DNA of 64,000 nucleotides from Camelus dromedarius (taxonomy: Eukaryota). A program made the translations under genes and the position numbers. Positions 11,401 to 22,210 of this stretch are shown one piece after another. The DNA is taken from NCBI RefSeq assembly GCF_036321535.1, contig NC_087436.1:122390001-122454000 (forward strand), read 5' to 3'. The notes below the pieces were generated by a model. That model worked only from the letters and a program-made list of their open reading frames with translations, did not search any database and was not told the DNA's origin. Numbering within the stretch: the stretch's first letter is position 1; each line of letters opens with the position of its first letter.

Positions 11401-14400
11401 CCTGCAGGTGCTGAGAAGCTGGGGTGGAGGGTCCTGGCCAAAAGCAGATGTCCACCATGCCCAGACCCCAAGGGGCCGACGAGGCCTGAGACCCAGGGGC
11501 ACAGCGCTGGTGGGGCTGGCCATCACCCGCAGGTCTCCCTGCCAGGGCCGGACAATGCTCAGCGCAGCAGGCAGCCTGGGCCTTGGGCCCGGAACGGGGG
11601 TGGGTGGTCCCACTGTGCAGACCCAGCTGGGTCGGTTGCGCTGTTACTTGTCATTCTGCTGACGAGTGGCCTAGATTCGAGGGCCCGGCTGCCCATTCTG
11701 GCCATACCAGCCCCTGGCTCCTCAGACAGGTCCAGTTCTGCCCGTTCACCTCAGGAGGCCCCACAAGCCCAGTACCCACCAGAAGGGTCCCCGAAGTGTC
11801 CATGGAGTCTGCATCCCTGGGGCCCCATCAGGGGGTTCCTGGCCTGACTTCCAGCCCCCTAGTTCTGGCCAGTGTTCTGTGGGGACCACCCAGTGCCAGG
11901 AGCCAGCTGAGGCCCCCCAGAAGGCCGAGAACAGGCTGCTTGTGGCAGCCTCAGCCCCAGGCCCCGGACCAAGGGCAACAGTGGTTTGTTCTGGTTTGGT
12001 CTGGGTGGTGATGGCAGGTCAAGCCATCCGCACAAAGTATTTGCTTCAGCCTGGTCCAGCAGGAGACTGGGAGGACCCAGAACAGCCCCCAGGTCAGCCA
12101 TGCCTGGCAGTCATCTGCTGTTGGTGGTGGTGGGTGGCGACCCCTGACCTGCAGACTACCCTGCCCACTAGGTGGCCATAGAGGCCAGATGCCTCCAAAC
12201 CAGGGCAGACAAGCCTAGCATTTCCACTTCCAACAGATCCAATCCAACAGGCCACCCTGAGCCACAGGCAACCCAGGGGGAGACCAGACAACGGTCAAGG
12301 GGGGTGGCATCAGGCAGAGGCACTGTGAGTGACAGATGGGGCCAAAAGGGATGGACATGGGGGGTGCTCTACCTAGGGAACGGGGTATATGCTGTACAAG
12401 CCCCAGAACAGCCTCCGGAAGGAGACTTTCTCCAACAAAAGGGGGCCCGCCCACACCCACAGGCACTGTGGCCACACACGTCAGGAAAAGGCCTGTGTGC
12501 CACGGTGGGTGCTCGCGTGCCACGTCGGGGTGGGCACAGTCAGAATGTCTGGCCCTGTGGTTCCCACAGCAGCAGCTCCCACCTGCACTTCCCCTCCGGG
12601 GTCTGAGCTCAGTGTGGGGTGTCCTGAGGGGTACTGCATCCTACAGGGGCCAAGCTGAGCCTGAGGGCGTATCTCCCAGGCACAGAGTCCTCCTGACTCT
12701 GCCACTAGCTTGCCGCAGGACTCAGTTGACCCCACCGGCGGGCCAGGGAGGCCACCACAGCCTGGAAGGCACTGGGTATGTACGTGAGGTAGGGGGCCGA
12801 GAGCCTCCCTGCCTGGTCTACGCCTCAGGACTGATGTCCACCAGGCCTCAGCCAGAACCTGTCTTCTCCGGAGGGTCGCGACCCTTGCTGGGGGAAACTT
12901 GCTCCAGGTTTGGGGTCACTACAGTTGAGGCAGTCTCAAAGCATGGGGGGTGCACAGGGGCTGGGCATGGCCCATTAGGGCAGCCTTGGGAGAGACCTCA
13001 GAGAACAAGCATCAAATTCAGACAAACTCAAAGAAACCTCTGGAGCCGCCAGGAGGAGCACAGTCCTCTAGGCTGGGAAGTGCAGGGAGCTCTTCGCTGC
13101 AGGTGTTGTGCTCTAAGTAGCCGAGAGGGCGTCCCAAAAGGACCCTGAAATCCTGGCCTTTCCGCTTCCCCACCAGGAAACAATCTGAAAGTTTCTTGAC
13201 AAAGTTAGGAAAAGAAAGGGGCGGGACCAGGAGGCGGGGTGCGCTGGTGAGGGTTTACAGGATTATCTGGCCTAATCCTCCCAACCTTTCCATTACCAAC
13301 CCTCCCGAGCAGGAAAGGGAACTGAGGCTGGAGGAAAGCGCCCAGAGCCAGAGTGGGCAGCTGCAGCCTGGAGCCCCAGCAGGGCTTGGGTCGGAGGGCC
13401 GCCTGGCCTCCCAGCTGTTCATTCACTTGTAAATCACTCAGGCCTGGCTACCCCCTCCCCCAAACCCATGTCTGGGCAGACTCTGGTCCCACCTCAAGGA
13501 GACCCCTCGCTCTGCTCTAGGTTCACTTGTAAAATGAGGCACACCAGGCCCCAGACAGGCCCCCAAGTGGGACCTGAGGCCCTGAGGGCGGGGACACCCC
13601 TTGGTTCAGTGCAGAGGCTCAAAGGCCAGAAGTCCAGCCTCAGGATCAACCTGGGTTAATGAACCACCTAGAGGCCCATGGGGCTCAAAGTCCAGCCCTG
13701 ACAAGGAGCAGGTGGGGGAGGCTGCAGGCAGCGCCTTCCGAGGAAGCGCCCTGCACCCTCCAGGGACCCCTCCTGGCTGGCTGGCTGGATCCCCATCAGC
13801 CTTCCTGCGTGGTAGGGGCCCTTGCTCAGGCCTTCACCAAGAGCCCACTGCACAGGAAGATGGAGGCTGCCCTGGTTGGGCCTGGGGTGGCCAGGGCAGT
13901 CCAGCAGTGGACACCTTCCCCACTGTCCTTGGCCCCTGCCAGCTCCAGCTTCCTAATTTATGTTCCCCAGGGAAGCGCCAGGCTGGGATCTTTGTAAATT
14001 TCTCGAAGCCTCTGTATTTTTACTGCTGGCTCTGTGGCCCGGATCCTTCAGGAACCGGATTACGTTTATTGACCTATCAACTCACTACCTGTTCACTAGC
14101 TTTATTGCCGGGGCAGGGGCAGCGGCTCTGTGGCCGAGGGAGAAGGCTCTGACCCCCTAAACTAGTGCCTAGAGGTCCTCCCGCGGGTCCTCCTCTGGAC
14201 CGCAACTGGTGGTGGCGCTGCCAGTTCCCGGACCCGGGATGGAGGGGGCCACTTACCCCCCCTACACCCCGTCCCCCAGCGTGCCGCAGGGGGTCCAGGA
14301 GGTCTGAAGCCCCGCCCACGGCCCCCTCCCCCGGGGCTAGTTGACATTCCCCGGCCGTAGGGAGTAATATCTTTATCTGAATGCGAATGCTAATTTGGGG

Positions 14401-15870
14401 CTCCCCCCGCGGCCGCCTATTTGGCGCCCCTGGAAGCGGGGGCCGCCCTAGCAGGCGCTAAAAGCGCGCGCTGACCTCTCGGCGGCCTCTGTCACGCCGC
14501 TGAATGACACGCACATTCAAGCGCCGGGCCCACTTTCATTCATAAAAAAATGACATTGTTCCCGGAGGCCGCCGCCGCCGCCAGAGGAAGGGGCGCGGGG
14601 AGCGCAGGGAGGGGCGGACCGCCATCTGCCTCCGTCCAGCCCGCGGCCACCGCCTCCCTGGCACGGCGCGCCCGCAGCCGCTCGACTCACACCTCCCCGC
14701 GAGGCCCGGCCGCCATCAATGCGCGGTCTGTGGCCGCGCTGAGGTACAAAGAAGCGGCTGTTCGGGTCTCGCCCGGGTGGGGCGTGAGCTCACCGGGCGA
14801 AGGCCTCCCTCTGCGCGGCCGCCGGGCTGGGGACAGGGGTGCGCATAGCTCCCTCGCCCGCACCGGTCCTCGCCAGCGCCCCGAAGTTGGCTGTCTCCAG
14901 GGGGCAGGCTCCTTACGGCCGCCCACCAGGCCTCTCCTCTCCGCCCGGCCGTCCGGAGCCTGGCAGCGCGAGTCCTGGGCGGCGGCGCCCGGAGCGCTCC
15001 GCCGGGCTTGCCGGGGGGCAACGCGCTCTGCATCTCGAGGGCAGGGCCGGGCGCACGTGAGGGGCGGGGCCTGGTGCCAAGACACGCTTTCGCTCCTCCC
15101 CTGTCCTCGCCCCCAAGGGCCCTCCTCGCGGGCCCTCCTCGCAGACCCTCGACGTCCCGCCGGACCTTGACCACCAGCTGGGGTCCCTGGCTCCACATCC
15201 CTCGGACATCGCCCTCTCACCTCCGGGCACCCTCCTGGCGTTGGGCGCGCACCCCTGGGGGGTAGACAACTTCACTCACAGGACACAAGAGCTGGGTAGG
15301 GGTAACGAAAGCACTAGAAAGTGTCACTTGGTCATGCCGGCCTCTGAGGGCTGCGGGCTGACGTACTCTCACACCCTCCCTCCAACGTTCAGCCTCCCGC
15401 TTTGGCCGGAACCGGCCATGAACTGGGGCCCGAAAGGGGCCTGGGAGAGCCACACCGACAACAGGAACTTTCCATCGGTGCAGAACAATGGGAACTGTGG
15501 AAACGCAGCACCCGGCAGTCCTCCCACTAGTGCATGGGGGCAGGCTGCGCCCCACTGGGGAACGGCGGGGGACGAGGAGTGCGGACGCCACCATGATGCC
15601 CAGGTCCCCGCCTCAGCCTCCCACTTGGGTGGCAGCCCTGCGGCCCCAGGCGCCCCACAAACTACCGCGCCAGCTCTGGCCTCGATCCCCGGCGAGGGAG
15701 GGTGGCAGAAACCCGAACGCTGGCCCCGAGGTGCCAGTCCAGAGAGCGCCCTAGGGCCCACTCAGATCGCCCGCGCCCCGCACCCACCTAGGCGCCGGTA
15801 CCCGGGCCCCGACGCCTCTGCCTGCCGGGGCCCCATGCCGCTCCCCTGTACCCGTCGGGTCCTTCTGTAC

Positions 15871-15979
15871 CTGCCGCCCTCCGCACGACGTGTCGCTCCA
15901 TGCCTGGGGACCCGGAGGCAGCGCTGGTCACAACTGCCACGGCCACACAGAACGCGAGGGCGCAAGCCGGGGCGCCCAT
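15871..15979 (-). CDS. FGFR3: FGFR3 exon 2, coding part (signal peptide MGAPACALAFCVAVAVVTSAASG...RRAA)
   Basis: ATG at 15977-15979 in context gtgATGg, 109 nt to a GTAC donor. The exon probably starts at 16080 after a CAGCAG acceptor. Confidence 0.96.
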
Positions 15980-16004
15980 CACGGGGGCGGGTGTTACGGC
16001 GTCT

Positions 16005-16037
16005 TCAGGCGGCGCGCGCCGGCATGCTGTCCCCCAT
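16005..16037 (-). other. Upstream ORF MGDSMPARAA* in the FGFR3 exon 2 5' UTR
   Basis: GCC ATG GGG GAC AGC ATG CCG GCG CGC GCC GCC TGA, out of frame with the CDS and ending 25 nt before the main ATG. Confidence 0.75.
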
Positions 16038-16467
16038 GGCCCGGCTCTGGCACCGGCGGGAGGAGGCGCCGCTAGAGAGTCTGCTGGAGGAGGCGGGCAA
16101 CTTGTTACTCCAGTGGGCCGGGGAGTGCAGGAGCGGAGACGACAGTGGCCCGGCTCCTGCGCCCGGGCTCCTCGGATCCCCGGCCGGCCCGCCCGCCGCC
16201 GCCGCCGCCGCCGCCCAGGGCTCCCGGGCCGCCTGGCGCCGGCCACCGCCTCCCCGCCGCGGTCCCTCCCTCCCCCTTCTCTCCCTGGCTGCTGCAGAGC
16301 CCTCCCAGGGCGGCGGCGGCGGCGGCGGCAAACTTTCCAGAGCGGGAAGCACGCGCCCCGGCCGGCCCTGCCGCAGAGACCGCTCGGGACCCGAGCTCGC
16401 CGCGCGCTCTGGACCCGCCGCGCGCCTGCCTCGAACCCTCGCGCCCGCCGGGTCCCGTCGCACCGAC

Positions 16468-16618
16468 CTGGCGGCCGCCTGCGCCAGACTCACTGAGCGC
16501 AGCTCTTGCTCGCGCTCGCTGCCCGCCAGTCCAGAGCCTGCGCCCGGTCCCTCCAGCCGTCGGCTCTGCGGTGCGTCCGTGCGCCTGGCCGAGCAGGACC
16601 GCTCGGCACCAGCTGCCC

Positions 16619-16709
<91 letters not shown>

Positions 16710-16714
16710 GCACT
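16468..16714 (-). other. FGFR3: FGFR3 non-coding exon 1 (5' end inferred)
   Basis: Inr-like TCAGT at 16716-16712 and CAG|GTCGGT donor at 16467. Body resembles the human exon 1 as recalled (GCGGGCAGCTGG...GTCCTGCTC...GCACGGACGCACC). Confidence 0.7.
16621..16707. repeat. Pure (GCC)29 trinucleotide repeat, (CGG/GGC)n on the FGFR3 sense strand
   Basis: 87 uninterrupted bases counted directly. Confidence 0.96.
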
Positions 16715-17010
16715 GAGCCCCGGCGGCCCAGCCCGCCGCAGCCAGTGGGGGCCGGCCTGCGCCCGCCCCGCCCCGGCCACGCCCGCCTCGGCTTGCTCGG
16801 GCGCGGGGACACGCCCCTCCCCTGGGGCGGTCCGGAGGCGGGGCGGCGGCCCGCCTGGCCCTTGCCCCCGGAGGGGATTAGAGGGGGCGGGGGTGCCCGG
16901 CGGTCTCGGAGGGCGTGGGATCGCACCCCTGGACCTGGCGCGGAGGGCGGCTCCGCGTGGGGCGGGCGCACAGAGGGGCCGAGCGTTAGTCTCTATTTAC
17001 ACAGCGCACG
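16715..17010 (-). promoter_or_regulatory. FGFR3: FGFR3 TATA-less proximal promoter
   Basis: Several GC boxes (GGGCGG/CCGCCC) at 16760-16900, GGATTA at 16875-16880 and forkhead-like TATTTAC at 16994-17000. Confidence 0.7.
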
Positions 17011-18633
17011 GTCCCTGTTACCACCCGGCTGCCAACCGGGGGCTCAGGCCGGGGAAGGCGGGGGCATACAGAGGGGCGGTCTCAGTGAGCGAAGCCTGTC
17101 ACAGGGGCTTCGCCGAGAAGGAGCTGCGCAGGCTGAGCTCTGAGGTGTGAGCAGCACAAAAAGCCTGAGGGCGAAGGACAGCCCGGCCGGCTCGCCTGGG
17201 GTTGAAAACAAGGGGACTGCACCGCAGAATCTATGGGCTCACCGCTGCATTTATTAAGCGCCTGTGGCACACGTGTAGCTAAGCGACCTGTGTTCCCTGC
17301 CAGAGGGGCTCACTTACCCCCACTGCCCTAGGACGAAATAAGTTTGGAGACTGGGTGCTTGCCAGACATGGGAATGGAGAGAAGGGGCTAGGGGGTCCTG
17401 GTAGGGGGTGCCAGCCCTAGGGCTCTAAGGAAGGCCCATGGGGAGCTGGCCAGAGGGTGCCGGGTCCTGGGCCACCGCAGGGTGGGGAGACCCAATGTGA
17501 CTATGGTTTCTGTGTCCACCTTCACATGGAGGACAGCGCCTCTCTCACTTTCAGGCAAGCCCGGGGGGGCTGGCGGCCTGCAGGAGCTGGACAGGGGAGA
17601 AGCTGACCCTGGCTCTGGGCTGGCCCAGCCAAGTGCCTCTGGCCCACCTGGCTTGAGGCTTCTGGGACTCAGTTTACTCATCAGTGAAGTCGACAATGAA
17701 AGCCCCTCCCTGACCCGCTGCTTATTCCCTCCCCAAGCTTCAGGTGCAGCCTGGAGACACCCCAGCCTCTGAGGCTAGACCTCAGGACCTTGGCAGTGCC
17801 CACTCCTCTGTGTGCACTTGATGGGTCAGCACCTCTGCTGTATGCTGCCCTCGTTGCCTACTCTGGTCAAGCCGAGGTCCCCCAGACTGACCAGGGGTCC
17901 ACTGAACCCTAAGAGGGCTGACCACATCCCCCCCCAGTGCACAGCCTCAGGCCACCCCCAGTAGGTCCTCTCAAGGGGTACCATCCCAGGGCCACAACGG
18001 CTCACTGCTCTTAAGAAGTTTCTTAACAGTTAACTAATCAGTGACTTGATAGGCCACGATGGGTGTGGGCTGCTGGCCCCCTTGGCCCCCTTCCTCAGGG
18101 CAGCTGGGGGGGGGTCAGGGACTGGATGGGCTCTGACCTCCAGATTCCTTTGTGGAAGGAGCTGGCAGGCAGGGCAGGAATCATCCTGGGGTGGGCAGGG
18201 AGGAGAGACTGGCTTCTGGCACCTGAAGGATGGCCTCTCCCAGGACACTTTTGAGGCCCAGGAAGGGCTCTGCATGTCCCTCTGGTCCTCTCCCGGGACA
18301 GTGCCCACAGCCCCTCCCTGGACCCCTGAGAAGGGTGTTCTGCTTCCTCCATCAGTCTTCGTGCGGGTTTGCTTTGTGTCCCATTGGGACTATCTCCTGG
18401 GCAGAAGTGCCCATGGTGGGGTCACGGGCTGCTGCCGGATTTTGTCTGTGTCGTTCCTACCCCTGTCTCTTCTCTCATCCATCCCCACGAGTCCCACCCC
18501 CACCTGGCATCGCAGCTTCTGTGTGGGTCTGGCTGGAGGGCAGGCGCCCTGCTCCCCCCCCCACAGGGTGGGCGCCGAGCCCCCCTTCCCCCAGCAACAG
18601 GCCTGGGCTGCCCCCTGGGCACTTTGCGCACTC

Positions 18634-19060
18634 TGTGCCTTCCCAGGGCTGCTGTCGCACATTTCCACAAACTGGCCTGCAGAAACGTGGTCTCTCCCCT
18701 CCCCAGAGGCCTGAAGCCAAGGCATCATCAGGGCCATGCCTCCCCACCCCTCTCCCCCTGCCAGGCTCTAGAGGGGGCTTCTTCTGGCCTCTTCCTGCTT
18801 CTGGTGCGTCCGGGACCCCCCCAGCTAGTGCCTGCATCGCCCCAGTTTCTGCCTCCACAGTCCTGTGGCCTTCTTTCTGTCTCTTCCTGGGACACTCGTC
18901 ACTGGATGTAGGGTCAACCCAAGATGGTCTCCCTACCTCAAGAGTTCAACTGAAGGACACCTGCAAAGCCTCTTTGCCCCAGTAAGGTCACATCTCCAGG
19001 TTGCTATCCCCAGACAAGACTTGGACCTATCTTTGGAGACCCCCATGCTGCCCCCATACA
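18634..19060 (-). mobile_element. MaLR solo LTR, MLT1C/D-like
   Basis: Blocks such as GGGCTGCTGT, GGCTCTAGAGGG..CCTCTTCCTGCTTCTGGTG, CACTGGATGTAGGG, CCTGCAAAG..TAAGGTCACAT and the terminal ..TACA resemble the antisense MLT1C/D consensus as recalled. Confidence 0.75.
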
Positions 19061-19139
19061 CCCTTGGTGGCTGGTTTCTTTGGTGCCACCCAGAGTTTGT
19101 CATGGCCCCTTTAGTGCGGCCGGTGGTACTGTCTGGTGG

Positions 19140-19340
19140 CATTTAGGTCAAAGATCTGGAGCATTTTCATGGCTCCTGGTGGCTGATTCTGCTAAATTGT
19201 TTCCAGAGAGTCCGAGCACTGCCCACTTGCAGTGCTGGAGGAGTTGGGCCTGCTCTCAACACCAGGGGAGGGGGTTGCTTGAAGGCGGTTTATTATTCTT
19301 GACAAAATAATTTTATCGTCCTCAATTATTGTTTCCAATC
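19140..19340 (-). mobile_element. Old L1 (L1M-type) 3' fragment
   Basis: GGTCAAAG..AGCATTTTC..GCTAAATTGTTTCCAGAG..CCCACTTGCAGTG resembles the antisense L1M 3' region. Confidence 0.5.
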
Positions 19341-22139
19341 AGTGTGTTTGGCCGGAGCAAGCGGATTCCCGGGGCCGTCCCCAGACAGCAGCAAGCCTGC
19401 TGTTACCAGCGCCGTCCATGTCGTGCTTCCCAGGGCTGGGCTGTGCAGCCTGTAAATGGGCCCTATCGCGTCCTTGCCCTCTGGACAAAGCATTTCCCCC
19501 AAGACCCTCTGCAGAATTGCCTGCCTCAGTCCCCCTGGTGCCCTGGTGAGATTCAGGCACTCCTCAGGCCCATCGGACAGGTGGCCAAGGTGTGGGGGGC
19601 CAGGGGGACTGTGTGGATAGGCTGCTGAGAGGGTCAGGGTGCTGGTGCTGGGGTCCCGGGGCAGCCAGCCTGCCTGCAGGGGCCTCCATGTTGCTAGACA
19701 CCCCTCCGATGTTGACACCACCCTGCCCACTCCCCCCGAATGCCCACCCATCTCCACAGGACCACATCGCAGGCCTGAGTGCAGGTGGGTGTGGGCGGCT
19801 GAGGGTGAGGCAGAGTAGGGGGGCGCTGACAGCAGCTGGCCCCGCCCAGCTTTGTCGGTGACTCAGGGTTGGGCGGCCCGGCTTGCCGGGGCTTGTGCGG
19901 CGAGCAGGCTGTAGAGTGCCCTGGGTGCAGGAATGGCAGCAGGCTGTCAGCAGCAGGCCCTGTGTCCACCCCTCCTACCTCCCTGCCAGCCCTGGGCTGA
20001 TGCTGGGGCACCGCACTGAGGTGCACTCAGGAGTGGGGATGCTCCTGGTGTGGACTGGAATCCACGCCCGGCCTGCCATTCTCAGCACTCCCGGCAGGCC
20101 TCAGCCACATGGTCCCCAGTAGGTGCCCACCAAGGCCAGAGCCAGGCCTGGAGCCCAGGGCAGGTGGTGCCCCAGCCAGAGCCCCCGAATCAGCCCCCTC
20201 CTCCTCTGGGAGCGCCTGGCCTGGAGAGGGGCTGCTGGTGGGAGCACCCCTCTGCCCTGACACAAGGCAAAGTGCAGGGATGTGGGAGACCAAGGCCCCA
20301 GGTCTCTGGTGCCCAGGCCATCTCCTCCAGGAGGCTCTTGGGACTCCCAGTGGGGGCTGTTTGGTCTCCTCCTGGGACCTCCCCATCTGCCAGCACACAT
20401 TCCAGCTTCTCTGGAAACCATTGCTGCCCCCTCCCGCTGTCAGGGCACAGGGTTTGGTCCCAGAGACCAGAGAAGGTCACCAAAGGGTGAAGGAGGAGGG
20501 GATCCTCAATAGCCCCTCTGGGCTGGGCTAAGCTAGGGACCCCCTCCCCCCAAAAGAAGACCCAGCAGATTTGAGAGAGGCCATGGCTGTTGTGGATTGT
20601 GGGTAATTTCTGCCTTTTAAATTCATTCTCAGAAAACCTGAGGATAAAAAATAAAAAACATAATTGATTTGCTCATTATAACAGAAATGGAATTTTAAAG
20701 AACATACAGAAGAGAAAATAGTCCAACTTTCGGTGGCCAACAATAACTGCTGTACAAGAGCCTTAATTTTAGCTTTGAGCTTCCTGGCAGGCTGAGCAAA
20801 AAGGGCAACACCATGAATCATATGCTGTTGGGAGGCTGTCTTCTCAGATGTGCTGTGACAGCCCTAGTCCAAAGATTCTGGCCTTTTCGCCCCTTGGTTC
20901 ACTTAGACCGCTAAACCTCAGATCCTGACTTTAGGTTTGGAAAATGTGGTTGCTCCCAGATGAGCAAAAAAAGGAGACCAGTGCTGTCTGTAGACAGGAG
21001 AGTGGGGTAGAGGGCGGGGGGATGAAAGCTCAGGCTTCTCCTGGGCTCCATCCCAGGTTGGGGGGAGGGGCCCCAGCTCCCTGCCTGGAGCCTGGCACAG
21101 AGGGCTGCCCCGAAGTGCAGAAAAGCACGAGGTGCTGGTGTGGGGGGAAGTCTGGCTGGGGAGGGCCAGCCAGGGTGTGGGGAAGGCCCCCAAGGGCCCA
21201 AGGGGGTGGGCCTGGGAATGAGGGCCCTGGAGAGGCAGCCAGCTCTGGCCAGGGAGGGGTGAAGGCCCCTGTAGCTCCCGGGGCTGACGGGGGCCAGGCC
21301 AGTGGCCACTGAGCAGCTCTGAAATCTGTTTTCCTAAGCACTTGGCATTTGACTGAAACCTCAAGTGTATTTTCCCTAAGTTTTATTTTTTCTTTGACCC
21401 CAAACTCTGGTAAATTTAAGGGAAATTTAATTATGGTGTTTTGGGTCCATTTACACTTAAACCTTCTCAGCATTTTTTCCAGGACTCTTTTGGAGTTCAG
21501 CACGTCTTGGGAGCCTTCTAAATGAGCGTTTTTATTATTATTATTTTTTGAAAAGGCTTTACTCCCCCCACCCCCACCCCCAGCACCAGCCTTCCTGCCA
21601 AGAATAAACAAGCCCAACTCGGCAGGCTCCGGATGAATTAGGAACCTGGGCCTAGGCCGCTGGGCCAGCCCCACGCCACGCCCTCCTCCCTCCCGCCAGG
21701 CAGCCCTCACCCGCCTTGGAATGCCCTTTCTTCTGGGTCCTGCTGGCCCTTCTGGGTGGGTGTCACCTGCTCCAGGAATCCCTGCGAGCTCTGCCCTGAG
21801 CCTCAGCCAAAGGCCCTCCCCCGGGCCTTGATCCCCTGCCCTTTGCCCCCACTGGTCCCTGTACAGGTCACCCATGGACACACCTCAGCCATGCTTCTGG
21901 CCAGAGCCTGCACGTCCAGTGTGGCCAGCTGGGCCCAGCGGGCAGAGGGGCCCTCATCTGCTGGCTGGAGGCTGTAAACACTGTCCGACCTGGGCTGGGG
22001 CCAGGGCGTCCCCCGCAGACTCAGACTGGGGCAACCCACAGCCTGTGGGACTGGGAACGGAAGGACCGAATTTGTGGGTGACAGTGGCTCTGACAGAGAA
22101 CCTCCAGGGGCCAGATGCTCACACCAGCCCCATCATCAG

Positions 22140-22210
22140 CCCTGCTTGATAGATGGGGACACCGAGGCACAGAGCCTCAAGGGGCATGGCCTGCCCAGGT
22201 ATGTGGTGAC
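22140..22210 (-). mobile_element. MIR fragment
   Basis: ATAGATGGGGACACCGAGGCACAGAG..GCCTGCCCAGG is similar to the MIR core. Confidence 0.55.

Larger units (their letters stand above)
14300..17150. promoter_or_regulatory. FGFR3: CpG island spanning the FGFR3 promoter, exons 1-2 and proximal intron 2
   Basis: Very dense CG dinucleotides against CpG-depleted flanks. Edges estimated by eye. Confidence 0.9.

Noticed and set aside
15241..17150. Long plus- and minus-strand ORFs with poly-Ala, poly-Pro, poly-Arg or poly-Gly (up to 491 aa)
   Set aside because: They arise from stop-codon scarcity in a CpG island plus the GCC repeat. They have no domain content and mostly non-ATG starts.
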